Source: Chlamydiia bacterium (lineage in GTDB: Bacteria; Chlamydiota; Chlamydiia; Chlamydiales; RGXB01). Taken from it: a DNA stretch of 64,000 nucleotides. The stretch lies in contig JBEIFH010000003.1 in assembly GCA_040382515.1 (NCBI GenBank), forward strand, positions 6,965-70,964, in the 5' to 3' direction. The stretch's first letter is position 1; every line of letters starts with the position of its first letter. Under the pieces are notes generated by a model. That model did not search any database. It had not been told where the DNA came from and saw nothing but the letters and a program-made list of their open reading frames with translations. This document shows positions 37,770-46,696 of this stretch, in pieces. The translations under genes were made by a program, and so were the position numbers.

Positions 37770-38601
37770 CTTTGTTCTCCTTGTAAGATGTAAATTTTAA
37801 ACTATTATTGTGTTTTTTTTTATATAAATTTTTACGCAAATGTTCTAATTAGTTGGATTTGTGGGGGATAAAAATAATAATCTTTTTTTGGCCAATTACG
37901 GATTCAACGGCTAAAAAAGGGATAAAGGGGCAGATGCCTATTTAAACTAGGTTCCAGGGTTCCCTTTTAGGGGGAAAATAGCCGCTAAGGGAGTTAGGCT
38001 TAGGACTTGTAACCTCAGCAGTTTAGCGTTTTGTCCAGGAGCAATACAATGCAAGGGAAGTTGCAACCCTTTTGTGCTCGTTTGCAAATTGCTACCGGAC
38101 TCTAACCTAGGTAAGGATTGTTTGGTTTTGGAGCCTTTTTCGGGTTTTTTTATGGGTTATCCTGAAAGGCCCCTTTATTCTTTTTAGTTACCGGGGTTTT
38201 ACCAGAGGCCGGAAATTCTTCTTTATGGATCCTCATCTTTGGAGGTTACGGCAGAAAAGAGGCAAAAAGAGGGATAAAATAGGTATAATATATTTTACAA
38301 TCTTTAAAAGCTCTACGTAGAAATAAACACGATAAAATGAATTATTGGACAAACAGTGGTTTTGAGAGCATTAAGACTAAAAGTAGCGCATCTAGATGGG
38401 GGAAATTCCCTAAATTAGACCCTTAAGGCAAGCTTAAAGCCAGATAACAAAACCCTAAATAACAGTTGTCCGATTAAACTCGCTTTCTTGGAGGAGGTGC
38501 TACAGTTGTTTTTTTGGTGCTTTTCAAAGAGATCGCCTTCTTTAAGGCGCAGGAAGTAGATAGTGGTTGGCTTAGGTCGTAAAGAGGCTATCGTCAAAAA
38601 A

Positions 38602-38626
38602 AGCCCTGTTCAGAACAGGGCTTTTT
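38602..38626 (+). terminator. stem-loop plus T-run (orphan copy of the terminator module)
   Basis: agccctgtt-cag-aacagggct followed by ttttt, with an A-run on the 5' side. Confidence 0.55.
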
Positions 38627-38914
38627 CTCTTTTTGAGGATTTCTCATTTTTTTCTCTCTTCAAAAAAGAGAAAGCAGCAAACCCTATTTTGAGATCAAAA
38701 GAAGAGGAACCCTAGGCTCAATAGGGCCTCCAGCCTTTCTTTTAGACGAGTTTTGGATTTTATACCCTCGAAACCGGCTCAGATATATGTCTCATTGAAA
38801 GGGTTGCATAAATTAGGCCCTATAAATCTGATCCTTCAACTTGCGGTTTATAGCTATAAGCGCACCGTCGCGCTAACATCCTTTCCTTTAGATGTATATA
38901 AATAAATAATTTTA

Positions 38915-38943
38915 TTTACAAAAAAATATATATGTGTTATAAT
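38915..38943 (+). promoter_or_regulatory. sigma-70-type promoter with extended -10
   Basis: TTTACA (38915-38920), 17-nt spacer ending in TGt, TATAAT (38938-38943). It lies 24 nt upstream of the ATG at 38967, which has a GGGGGGAA RBS. Confidence 0.6.
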
Positions 38944-38966
38944 AAATACATTGGGGGGAAATACAT

Positions 38967-39458
38967 ATGCCATTTGATACGGTTGTAAATACATGTGCTT
39001 GCGGGGGGGCAATCGAATATTCTGGGCAGGCTAACAAAGCTCAACATCCAGACTCAGATCTTGAGAAAAAAGTCGCTAATCTTGGTAAGGAACTATTAAA
39101 TACTCAAGCACAGTTAGAAACTTTAAACGACGAATTTGAAACAGCCCAAACGGAAGCTGTAAAATTTTTTTCAGAACTTCAAGGCAAAAATGAAGAATTG
39201 AGTTCAAGTAACAGACGTCTTTTAGCGGAACTTAAAGGTTCAAAACAAAGATTAACAACATATGAAGTTAAAGATGGATTAAGCAAAGCTACAATAGAGC
39301 AGCTTCGAACTCAAATTTCTGGACTTTCTAATCGAAAAAGCTTACAGGATCGTTGTGCTCTTTTGAAATTCCAAAGAGACTTATTGGCAGGTAGCTTGGT
39401 CGGTATAACTTTGGTTGCTGGAGCTATCTTAGCCTTTATGATGGGCAAAGCTCGCTAA
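38967..39458 (+). CDS. tail-anchored coiled-coil protein
   Basis: 163 aa. It has long heptad-like stretches (LEKKVANLGKELLNTQAQLETLNDEFETAQTE...) and a single C-terminal transmembrane segment, LLAGSLVGITLVAGAILAFMMGKAR. Confidence 0.65.
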   Translation: MPFDTVVNTCACGGAIEYSGQANKAQHPDSDLEKKVANLGKELLNTQAQLETLNDEFETAQTEAVKFFSELQGKNEELSSSNRRLLAELKGSKQRLTTYEVKDGLSKATIEQLRTQISGLSNRKSLQDRCALLKFQRDLLAGSLVGITLVAGAILAFMMGKAR

Positions 39459-39530
39459 TTTAAGATCAAGATCCATTGGTTCTCTGAGCTTTAAGTTTTT
39501 TTATCTAAAGGTTAGACAATCCCATAAAAA

Positions 39531-39558
39531 AGCCCCTGTTCTGAACAGGGCTTTTTTT
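39531..39558 (+). terminator. rho-independent terminator
   Basis: agcccctgtt-ctg-aacagggct followed by ttttttt, about 70 nt after the stop at 39458. Confidence 0.7.
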
Positions 39559-40266
39559 GCTTGAGGGGTCTTCATTTTTTTCTCCCTTTAAAAAAGAGGA
39601 AAAGGGCCAATTTATTTGCAAGAGTTCGAGCTCTGCGACCTTCGGTATTCTCAAGAAGAAAGGGGGGTGGGCCTAAGAAGGTTATCTCGATTGACCGGGC
39701 TAACTATAAATGATCTCACTTTGGGGGGAAATATTCTTCAACCCAGTTTAAATAAACACTTAGCTTTCTATTTGCTTGATCCTTATAGGTCTTACCGGTA
39801 TTTGCATGCGTTCTATCTTTAAACGCTTTCAAGTTGAGTTTTTCAAAAAGATCGCAGATCTGTTCATGAACCCTCTAAGCGTTCTTGAAGCATACGGATC
39901 CATCGGGTTTCTCTTTTTAAATTTTCACAAAGTAGATGAATGATGTCATTTATAGTTTTTTGTAGTGGATCATCATCTACTTATTTTAATTTAAGATTTC
40001 ACATGTCTATAAAACATAAATTTTTGTTAAGTTTTCTTAATAGGGTCAAACGTGTAAAGGTGAATAAACTGAAAAATTTTCTGCACAGATTTTAAAATTT
40101 ACATGGTAACCTGCTGCACTTTTGCTTTTGTTTGAAAAAAAAGAGTGGCTGTTTCTTGAGAAATGAAAAGGGATTGGATTAGAAGTAGGGGCTAACGGTT
40201 GCATAAAAAAATCTCCTTAAGAAGATATCTTTAAGTTGTAGTGTGATAGAAAGAACAATTTTTCGT

Positions 40267-41016
40267 TTATTTATTAAGTGTTTTTCTAAAGATTTCTAGC
40301 CAATTGGAAGTAGGGATATCCTCCAACCTACTGTTCTTAAAAGGATTCGGGTCTATCGAAAGTTTTTTTAAAAACCAGTGAAGGGTGTGGTTGCGGTGAT
40401 TGTACCCGCTACTCAATAATTTTTTAAAATCGGCAAGTTCTTCAAAAGAGATTTGGGGGATAATAGGGGTGAGTTGAAGAAATTGAGAATCGACACGAGG
40501 GGGGACATCGAAGGCTTTTGGGGGGACAGTCGGGCCGCTTTCGACATTGTAAAAGAGGCGTAAAAGGTGAGAAAGTTTTGTGCTTTTTGGGCCGGATTGG
40601 GCTAATATCTTCTCCACAACCTCTTTTTGGAGCATCAAATAGACTTTTGTAAACAGACCGCTTAGGGGCAAAAGTTTTTCTAAGAAAGGGGTAGTAATAA
40701 GATAGGGGAGATTGCTAATCAGGCCAAAGGGGCCTTTAAATTGGTTGTATGCATTCAAAAAATCGTACTTCAGTACATCTTCATGCACTAAAGAAACATG
40801 AGCTAGGGGGGCAATTTTTGCCCGGATGGGCTGAACGAGTTGAGCGTCTCTTTCGACCAAAATCAAAGGGGTAGAGGACTCTATTAATAGATCGGTGAGT
40901 GCCATAGCCCCCGGACCTACCTCCAAAATTCCGTGCGCTTGGGGTAAAATTGCCCGAACGGCGTGCTCGATTACGCTTTTATTTTTAAGGAAATGTTGCC
41001 CTAGATAGCGTCCCAT
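40267..41016 (-). CDS. rsmA: 16S rRNA (adenine1518/1519-N6)-dimethyltransferase
   Basis: LGQHFLKNKSVIEHAV, ILEVGPGAMALTDLL and ISNLPYLITTP. Confidence 0.9.
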   Translation of the reverse strand: MGRYLGQHFLKNKSVIEHAVRAILPQAHGILEVGPGAMALTDLLIESSTPLILVERDAQLVQPIRAKIAPLAHVSLVHEDVLKYDFLNAYNQFKGPFGLISNLPYLITTPFLEKLLPLSGLFTKVYLMLQKEVVEKILAQSGPKSTKLSHLLRLFYNVESGPTVPPKAFDVPPRVDSQFLQLTPIIPQISFEELADFKKLLSSGYNHRNHTLHWFLKKLSIDPNPFKNSRLEDIPTSNWLEIFRKTLNK

Positions 41017-41030
41017 CGACTAAAACAAGA

Positions 41031-41963
41031 CTAATTGTTATCACGAGATGCAAGCACGTACCCTTGTTGGAGCTCTATGCGATACACGATAAACAGTCCA
41101 AAAGAGACAAGGGCTGTACTCAAAAGGATAATCGGATGGAAAGGCTCATTGAAAAAAAGGTAAGCGTTTATAGAAGTGAAAAGGGGGCTCAAAAGGCCGA
41201 AAAACGACAAAAGAGTCGCCGAAAACTTTTTCAGCAAGTAGCCATAGAGATTGAAGCAAACGATGTTCGAGATAAAAATAATCAGAGCCAACCAGCCTAA
41301 ATAGGGTGGAAGGTGGAGATTCGCCATTTGTGTGAGGGGGCTGGACTCTAGAAGAAAAGAGGTGATTAGAGCCAAAAGACCACCGAAAAGCATGCTGAAA
41401 GCGTTCACCTTGACCGGGTTCATCTGTTGGTCTTTGACCATCAAACGTAAAAGAATCCATCCATAAACACCACAAAAAGAGGCAAAAATAACAGCTAAGG
41501 AGGGCCAGGAAAAAAAGGTGTTAATTTTAAGTAGATCTTCCGAACCCTCTTGCAGGGCCAAAACCGGCAGAAATCCTAAAAATCCGACGCACATTCCGAG
41601 CCATTTGGTCCACGTCATTTTTTCCTTAAAATGGATATAGGAGAGGAGGGCGGTGAAAAAGGGGGACATGCTGTAGATAAAACAGGTTTTTGCCGAGGAG
41701 AGGTACTTCAGCCCCCAATATTCAAAAATATTGCAAAAATAGATGCTGAATAGGGAGAGGACAAAGGTGGAAAGGGCCTCTTTTAAAGAGATTTTTATAG
41801 ATTCAGAATTTTTTATGTACAGCCACCCTAAAAGAAGAATAGACGCTAATAGCATTCGGACTGCTACGGTGAAAACCGGCTCCGCATAGGCCACCAGAGC
41901 TTTACCGATCGGAAAAGCCAAAGACCAGATGCTGTACAGAAAAGGGATTATCCAAATCATCAT
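41031..41963 (-). CDS. EamA/DMT-family transporter
   Basis: 310 aa, about 10 hydrophobic segments in two similar halves. Confidence 0.75.
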   Translation of the reverse strand: MMIWIIPFLYSIWSLAFPIGKALVAYAEPVFTVAVRMLLASILLLGWLYIKNSESIKISLKEALSTFVLSLFSIYFCNIFEYWGLKYLSSAKTCFIYSMSPFFTALLSYIHFKEKMTWTKWLGMCVGFLGFLPVLALQEGSEDLLKINTFFSWPSLAVIFASFCGVYGWILLRLMVKDQQMNPVKVNAFSMLFGGLLALITSFLLESSPLTQMANLHLPPYLGWLALIIFISNIVCFNLYGYLLKKFSATLLSFFGLLSPLFTSINAYLFFNEPFHPIILLSTALVSFGLFIVYRIELQQGYVLASRDNN

Positions 41964-42042
41964 GAAATCAGGTTACCTTAAGGGGGGTTAAAAGGGTAGT
42001 CATTCCTTGAAAAAATCTAAATCAAGTTACAAAAACCGCCCT

Positions 42043-43185
42043 CTAAACGGCGTCTAAAATAATCTTTTGTCTCACCCGATCCATAAAGCGGATCATGTAG
42101 GAAAGGTTGTGCGCGCTGGCTAGGGAGAGCCCTAATAGTTCATTCGCCTTGAAGAGATGGTGCAAAAATGAACGGCTGACGGTTCGGCAAGCTCTGCAGG
42201 GGCACCCCTCCTCAATCGGTCGCAAGTCCTCCTTATAGGCCCCTGAAACAATCCGCAAGGTCCCCTGGTCGGTCAAAAGGGTGCCGTGACGGGCGGCTTT
42301 TGTCGGGTAGGAGCTGTCGAAACTATCGATTCCGAGTGGGATCGACGAGTAGAGCGAAGGGAGGTCGGCTATCCCTAAAAGGTGTACAGGTTTTTCAGGT
42401 GGCAGGCACGGGATGGTATAGCTAAGCATTTCAATCATCTCATCCCGATTCTTTCCCAAGCTTCCGCCAACCGCATGCCCGTCAAAATCCATCGACGAAA
42501 GGATTTTGCAGCTTTTTTTACGCAAGTCGGGGTCGATCCCTCCGTGTACTACCGAGTAAAGGGCCTGGTCTGAGGGGTCTTGTTTGTGGTGTTCCAAAGA
42601 GCGTTTTTCCCATCGGTGGGTTCTCTCGAAAGAGGAGCGCAGCGCCTCCTTGGAGATGTGGTAGGGGGGGAGCTCATCAAAAGAGATCATGATATCGGCC
42701 CCTATTTTCTTTTGGGCGCCGATCGAAGTTTCGGGAGTTAAAAAAATGGTCCTGCCATCCCTATAGGAGCGGAATTTCACCCCTTCTTCAGTGATTTTTA
42801 ACACGCTGTTGGAGTGTTTTTTCGTCCCCTGGCTTTTCAGCTCCGATGCGACCGAGCCATAAGCTAAACTAAAAACCTGGAACCCACCCGAGTCGGTGAT
42901 GATCGGCCGGTCCCTCCCGCTAAAGCGGTGGATCCCCCCCATTTGCCGAATCAGATCCTCTCCCGGCTGCACCATAAGATGGTAGGTGTTGGCAAACATC
43001 AGATCCAGACCCGATTCGATCGCCTCATCATGCCCTAGCGCTTTTAGGGCTCCGTTTGTCCCCACTCCTACAAAGGCGGGTGTCATAAAAGAGCCGTGCG
43101 GTGTAGTGATCCTGCCCACTCTGGCGTTAGATTTCTTCGAGCGGTGCAAGATTTCAAAAGAAAACGTATTTGTGAACACACTCAT
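42043..43185 (-). CDS. tgt: tRNA-guanine transglycosylase
   Basis: TPAFVGVGTNGALK, ANTYHL, ITDSGGFQVFSL and the zinc site CPCRAC...HHL. Confidence 0.95.
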   Translation of the reverse strand: MSVFTNTFSFEILHRSKKSNARVGRITTPHGSFMTPAFVGVGTNGALKALGHDEAIESGLDLMFANTYHLMVQPGEDLIRQMGGIHRFSGRDRPIITDSGGFQVFSLAYGSVASELKSQGTKKHSNSVLKITEEGVKFRSYRDGRTIFLTPETSIGAQKKIGADIMISFDELPPYHISKEALRSSFERTHRWEKRSLEHHKQDPSDQALYSVVHGGIDPDLRKKSCKILSSMDFDGHAVGGSLGKNRDEMIEMLSYTIPCLPPEKPVHLLGIADLPSLYSSIPLGIDSFDSSYPTKAARHGTLLTDQGTLRIVSGAYKEDLRPIEEGCPCRACRTVSRSFLHHLFKANELLGLSLASAHNLSYMIRFMDRVRQKIILDAV

Positions 43186-43889
43186 ACGGGCACCATCCGC
43201 TTAGCTAGTTTGGAAAAAGGGGTCAAAAATACAATCACAACAAATTTTACACCTAGGCTCATCGCAATGATCTCCCAAATAGAGCCGGCGATCCCCCATA
43301 AAGCTAAATAGGAGAACAGGATCGTGTCGATTGTCTGGGAGATAAAGAGCGAGGCAAGGATGGAAAAGGGGAGGGAGCGGGGAAAAAAATGTTGGCGCAG
43401 TTTTGTAAAAAACCGTACATCCAGTTTTTGCACTAAAAAAAAGACTGTGAAGGAGGCAAGAAGAGTTCTAGGGGAATTGTTGAGAATGGTGAAGAAGGCG
43501 CTGTGGGACTCGTCATGCAGCGAAGGGGGATATAAAAGATGGATTTTGGCCATGACGGCGAACGTTAAAAGGAGGAAAAAATTGATTTTGATTACTTTAT
43601 TTGCCGCATCTTTGCCAAAATATTCTTGTACAAGGTTGAGGGAAAAAAGGCTCAAAATCGCGTACGCGTCCGTACACGTCACCTCAAGGCCGAAAAGGTG
43701 TGTCTGTTTTTGAATAAAAAGGTTGGCAAGGATCGCCTGCAGAGCGGAGAAAGCAATCAACGCCTCTTTGCCGATTCTTAGGGCAGCCAGCCCAAAAAAC
43801 ACCAGGACCCCTAAATGTAATGTAAAAATAATTTCATTCATACACAAAGCCAAAACTATACCAAAAATCCCCCTTTTTGCCCAGAACAT
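43182..43889 (-). CDS. yhhQ: YhhQ/VUT-family queuosine-precursor transporter
   Basis: Polytopic membrane protein. LASFTVFFLVQKLDVRFFTKLRQ and SQTIDTILFSYLAL parallel E. coli YhhQ ASFMAYALGQILDVHVFNRLRQ and GNVSDTLAFFFIAF (from memory). Its stop overlaps the tgt start (ATGA). Confidence 0.75.
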   Translation of the reverse strand: MFWAKRGIFGIVLALCMNEIIFTLHLGVLVFFGLAALRIGKEALIAFSALQAILANLFIQKQTHLFGLEVTCTDAYAILSLFSLNLVQEYFGKDAANKVIKINFFLLLTFAVMAKIHLLYPPSLHDESHSAFFTILNNSPRTLLASFTVFFLVQKLDVRFFTKLRQHFFPRSLPFSILASLFISQTIDTILFSYLALWGIAGSIWEIIAMSLGVKFVVIVFLTPFSKLAKRMVPV

Positions 43890-44057
43890 GTGGCAGCTCG
43901 TTTTGGACTTCGAAAACGATGCTCAAAAACTCTTTTGAGGGTGATAAGGGGCTTTAGGCGTAAGGTGTTCATTAGAACCGATGGCAACCCTTTTGTTTGA
44001 ATTCGTACTAAAAGATAGTATTGACAGTCTGTATCCGCTTCTTACATTCTAGAGTCC

Positions 44058-44939
44058 ATGAAAATTGCGATTACCGGCGCTGCAGGGCAAATCGGCTATG
44101 CCCTCATTCCGCTTCTTTTGGAGCGTTTTAAAGTGCCCATGGAACTATCCCTTGTGGACCTGCCTGATAAATTGACCCAGTTGCGCGGTCTTGAGATGGA
44201 GATAGAAGATTTTTGTTATCCCCATTTAAAAAAAGTAGAATCGGGCTCCGACGAGGCTACCCTTTTTAAGGGGGCGGACGTCGCTATATTCCTTGGGGCA
44301 AAACCGAGGGGGCCGGGGATGGAGCGCAATGATCTGATCACAGTGAATGCAGCCACGTTTCTTCGTCAGGGGAAGATCCTGGCCGAAACGGCAAATCCCC
44401 ATGTCAAAGCCCTGGTTGTGGGAAACCCGGCGAATACAAATGCTTTGATGCTGATTCGGGGGGGGAACTACAAATTAAAAAATCAGATCCAAGCTTTGAT
44501 GCGCCTGGACCAAAACAGGGCAAAAAGTGCGATGGAACTCTCTTTTGGCCCTAGAAAAGAGATGTATGTTTTTGGAAACCACTCGCCGACAATTTTGGTC
44601 CATCAAGCTCCGCCGGAGGTTCTCGAATTTGTGCGCAAAAGGGGAGCCGAAGTGATAAAGGCGAGGGGAGTATCCTCGCAGGCATCAGCGGCCAAAGCGA
44701 TCGTCGATCACCTTGAAGACTGGATCTCAAAAGAGGAGCGCACCTATAGCGCAGCGATCTACAGTGAAAAAAACCCCTACGGCATCGATGAGGACCTTGT
44801 TTTTTCGTTTCCATTTTCCAACAAAAAAGGTATTTTAAAATTGCCTTTGTCCCAGGAGGAAAAGCAGATGCTGCAGATAACCGAAGATGAGATGAAAAAG
44901 GAGCGCCAGATCGCATGCACGATACTCTTTTCGAACTAA
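44058..44939 (+). CDS. mdh: malate dehydrogenase (short form, 293 aa)
   Basis: MKIAITGAAGQIGYAL, PRGPGMERNDL, GNPANTNALM, RLDQNRA and GNHSPT. Confidence 0.8.
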   Translation: MKIAITGAAGQIGYALIPLLLERFKVPMELSLVDLPDKLTQLRGLEMEIEDFCYPHLKKVESGSDEATLFKGADVAIFLGAKPRGPGMERNDLITVNAATFLRQGKILAETANPHVKALVVGNPANTNALMLIRGGNYKLKNQIQALMRLDQNRAKSAMELSFGPRKEMYVFGNHSPTILVHQAPPEVLEFVRKRGAEVIKARGVSSQASAAKAIVDHLEDWISKEERTYSAAIYSEKNPYGIDEDLVFSFPFSNKKGILKLPLSQEEKQMLQITEDEMKKERQIACTILFSN

Positions 44940-45853
44940 CTGAAGACCACCTTTTGGAGGGGCCCCGTTCCATACCGATGGGATACTGCTCAACATCCCA
45001 CGTCGATCCCGATCTCGGCTTGATGTACTTTGGAGAACCGGTCGAGAATTTTATTGATATCCCCACCGATGAATTGGTTGAAAGGTTTTTAGGTCAGATT
45101 CCCGTACACATCATGAAGGGGGAGACAAAAGTTCTGATCGATAGGATAGACCGTCAACTGGATCCCCTTGAGCAGCTCCATCAGGCAATAGAAATTTTAG
45201 GTATTGAGGAGCGCAAAGAGACCTTTTTTGATCAGCTACAGGTGATCTTGGGGTCGATGAAAGAGATCGCCGAACTCCTTTTTGGCCCGCTTCCGATCGA
45301 TCCGCTCTTTTTTGCCCTCCATTTGGATGAGGGGGGAGGCTCTCCGCCCGCTTTTGTGGCAAAGACATTGGCCTCGAACGGGTGCGACGCGTACAAAGCG
45401 ATACAGGGTTCTCTGCTCGCTTTTGGCGCATCCCGCGTAGGCAAGGAGATGGAGAATGCTCTCAAGCAGTTGCAAAATATTGACCTAGATGCGATGGATG
45501 AAGAGATCGCTGCGATGGATCGAGACGGGCAGATTTTTTACGGATACGATTTGTATCCTTTTGTAAAAATTGATACAAGGGCGGATCTTTTTGAACGGGC
45601 TCTTCAGGAGCGGTTTATGGATGAACCTTTGTTTCAAAAAGCCGAGCTGCTGCGACAAAAGATGAAAAGGGTACCCAACAGCCACGCCTTCTCGGGTCTA
45701 TACCTTTTTTATCGAGGATTTGAGGAGGTCCGCTACTATAGCGTGATCCTTTTTTTGGCAAGACTTGTTGGGATAGGGGCCCAGCTTATAGAGGATTGCC
45801 AAAGAAAATGCTTGGAGATCCACCCCTACTATTTTTATAAAAAAAGAGAGTAG
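44915..45853 (+). CDS. citrate-synthase-like protein, short and apparently catalytically degenerate
   Basis: CS-like segments: GLMYFGEPVENF, LDEGGGSPPAFVAKTLASNGCDAYKAIQGSLLAFGASRVG, GYDLYPFVKIDTRA, and PNSHAFSG...LFLARLVGIGAQLIED. Confidence 0.6.
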   Translation: MHDTLFELTEDHLLEGPRSIPMGYCSTSHVDPDLGLMYFGEPVENFIDIPTDELVERFLGQIPVHIMKGETKVLIDRIDRQLDPLEQLHQAIEILGIEERKETFFDQLQVILGSMKEIAELLFGPLPIDPLFFALHLDEGGGSPPAFVAKTLASNGCDAYKAIQGSLLAFGASRVGKEMENALKQLQNIDLDAMDEEIAAMDRDGQIFYGYDLYPFVKIDTRADLFERALQERFMDEPLFQKAELLRQKMKRVPNSHAFSGLYLFYRGFEEVRYYSVILFLARLVGIGAQLIEDCQRKCLEIHPYYFYKKRE

Positions 45854-45855
45854 AA

Positions 45856-46644
45856 TTGGCTATGCTAACGGAAGAAATGGTAAAACGGGCAATAGAGGCC
45901 TCCTTAAAAAAGGAGAAAACTTTTCTCGCTTACCCGGTCCTCCTTTTAGCTGCGCTGATCACAGTTTTTGTTTTGGCTTTGCTTCACCAGGCGCATGACT
46001 GGGTGATTTTTGGGGCCATAGGGATTCCGGTCTATTTGAGTCTCGGTCTTTTGGGTTCTTTGTCAGTTTTCATCCACCGCCTCTACTACCATGAGTTGAA
46101 AGGGGAGTCGATAGACTACAAAGAAATTTTCAAAGCATCGATGAACCGGATGTGGAACGGCGTTTTTCTCGCATTGCCACTTATTTTGACCCATCTTATT
46201 TTATGGGTGCTGATGGGTTTGTTTTATCTTTTGCAAGGGGTTCCCTATGCAGGGCCGATCATAGCGGTCCTTTTTTCTATGCTCCCTTTTGCATTTATGA
46301 TGGTTTTGTCTCTGCTTCCCCTAGGGGCTTTTTTTATCCTTTTTTACGGCTCCACTTTTTTTGCTTTTGATCTGAAAGTAGATTTGGATCCAGTCAGAGA
46401 AAATCCCCTTTCGATAGCGAAAAATTTTGTCATCGCGACCATCCCCCTCCTTTTGGGAATTCTTTTTTTGGGGGGCATCTATTGGGCCACAATGGAACTT
46501 TTCGGGATCACTCAAAATATAGTAGCCCTTTCCTTGCAAAGACTTTTTCTCTTGATCCCCTTTACCTTTTATTTAACCCCTTTTGTGCTGTTCTTTTTTC
46601 ACTTTGGACTTGAAAGTTATAGACACTTCTACAAGAAGGGGTAG
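45856..46644 (+). CDS. hypothetical polytopic membrane protein
   Basis: 262 aa with multiple hydrophobic segments. The C-terminal 25 codons are duplicated at 53122-53201. Confidence 0.6.
   Translation: MAMLTEEMVKRAIEASLKKEKTFLAYPVLLLAALITVFVLALLHQAHDWVIFGAIGIPVYLSLGLLGSLSVFIHRLYYHELKGESIDYKEIFKASMNRMWNGVFLALPLILTHLILWVLMGLFYLLQGVPYAGPIIAVLFSMLPFAFMMVLSLLPLGAFFILFYGSTFFAFDLKVDLDPVRENPLSIAKNFVIATIPLLLGILFLGGIYWATMELFGITQNIVALSLQRLFLLIPFTFYLTPFVLFFFHFGLESYRHFYKKG
46566..46641. repeat. direct repeat flanking the export cassette, left copy
   Basis: cttttatttaaccccttttgtgctgttcttttttcactttggac...ttctacaagaagggg resembles 53122-53201. At protein level FYLTPFVLFFFHFG..YKKG matches FYINPFVLFFFHFG..YKKG. 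Confidence 0.7.
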
Positions 46645-46696
46645 GTTTTTTCTGCCGATTCCTTATCAATCGGTTTGATCTTTATAAAAATAGATG

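Noticed and set aside
39690-39880. Minus-strand fragment EQICDLFEKLNLKAFKDRTHANTGKTYKDQANRKLSVYLNWVEEYFPPK, considered as an integrase or transposase N-terminal relic
   Set aside because: It has no start codon, is only ~48 codons long, and shows no diagnostic recombinase residues. The resemblance is impressionistic.
44551-45066. 171-aa minus-strand ORF
   Set aside because: It is antisense to mdh and the citrate-synthase-like gene, and its Arg/Pro/Ser-rich translation is typical of a GC-rich shadow frame.
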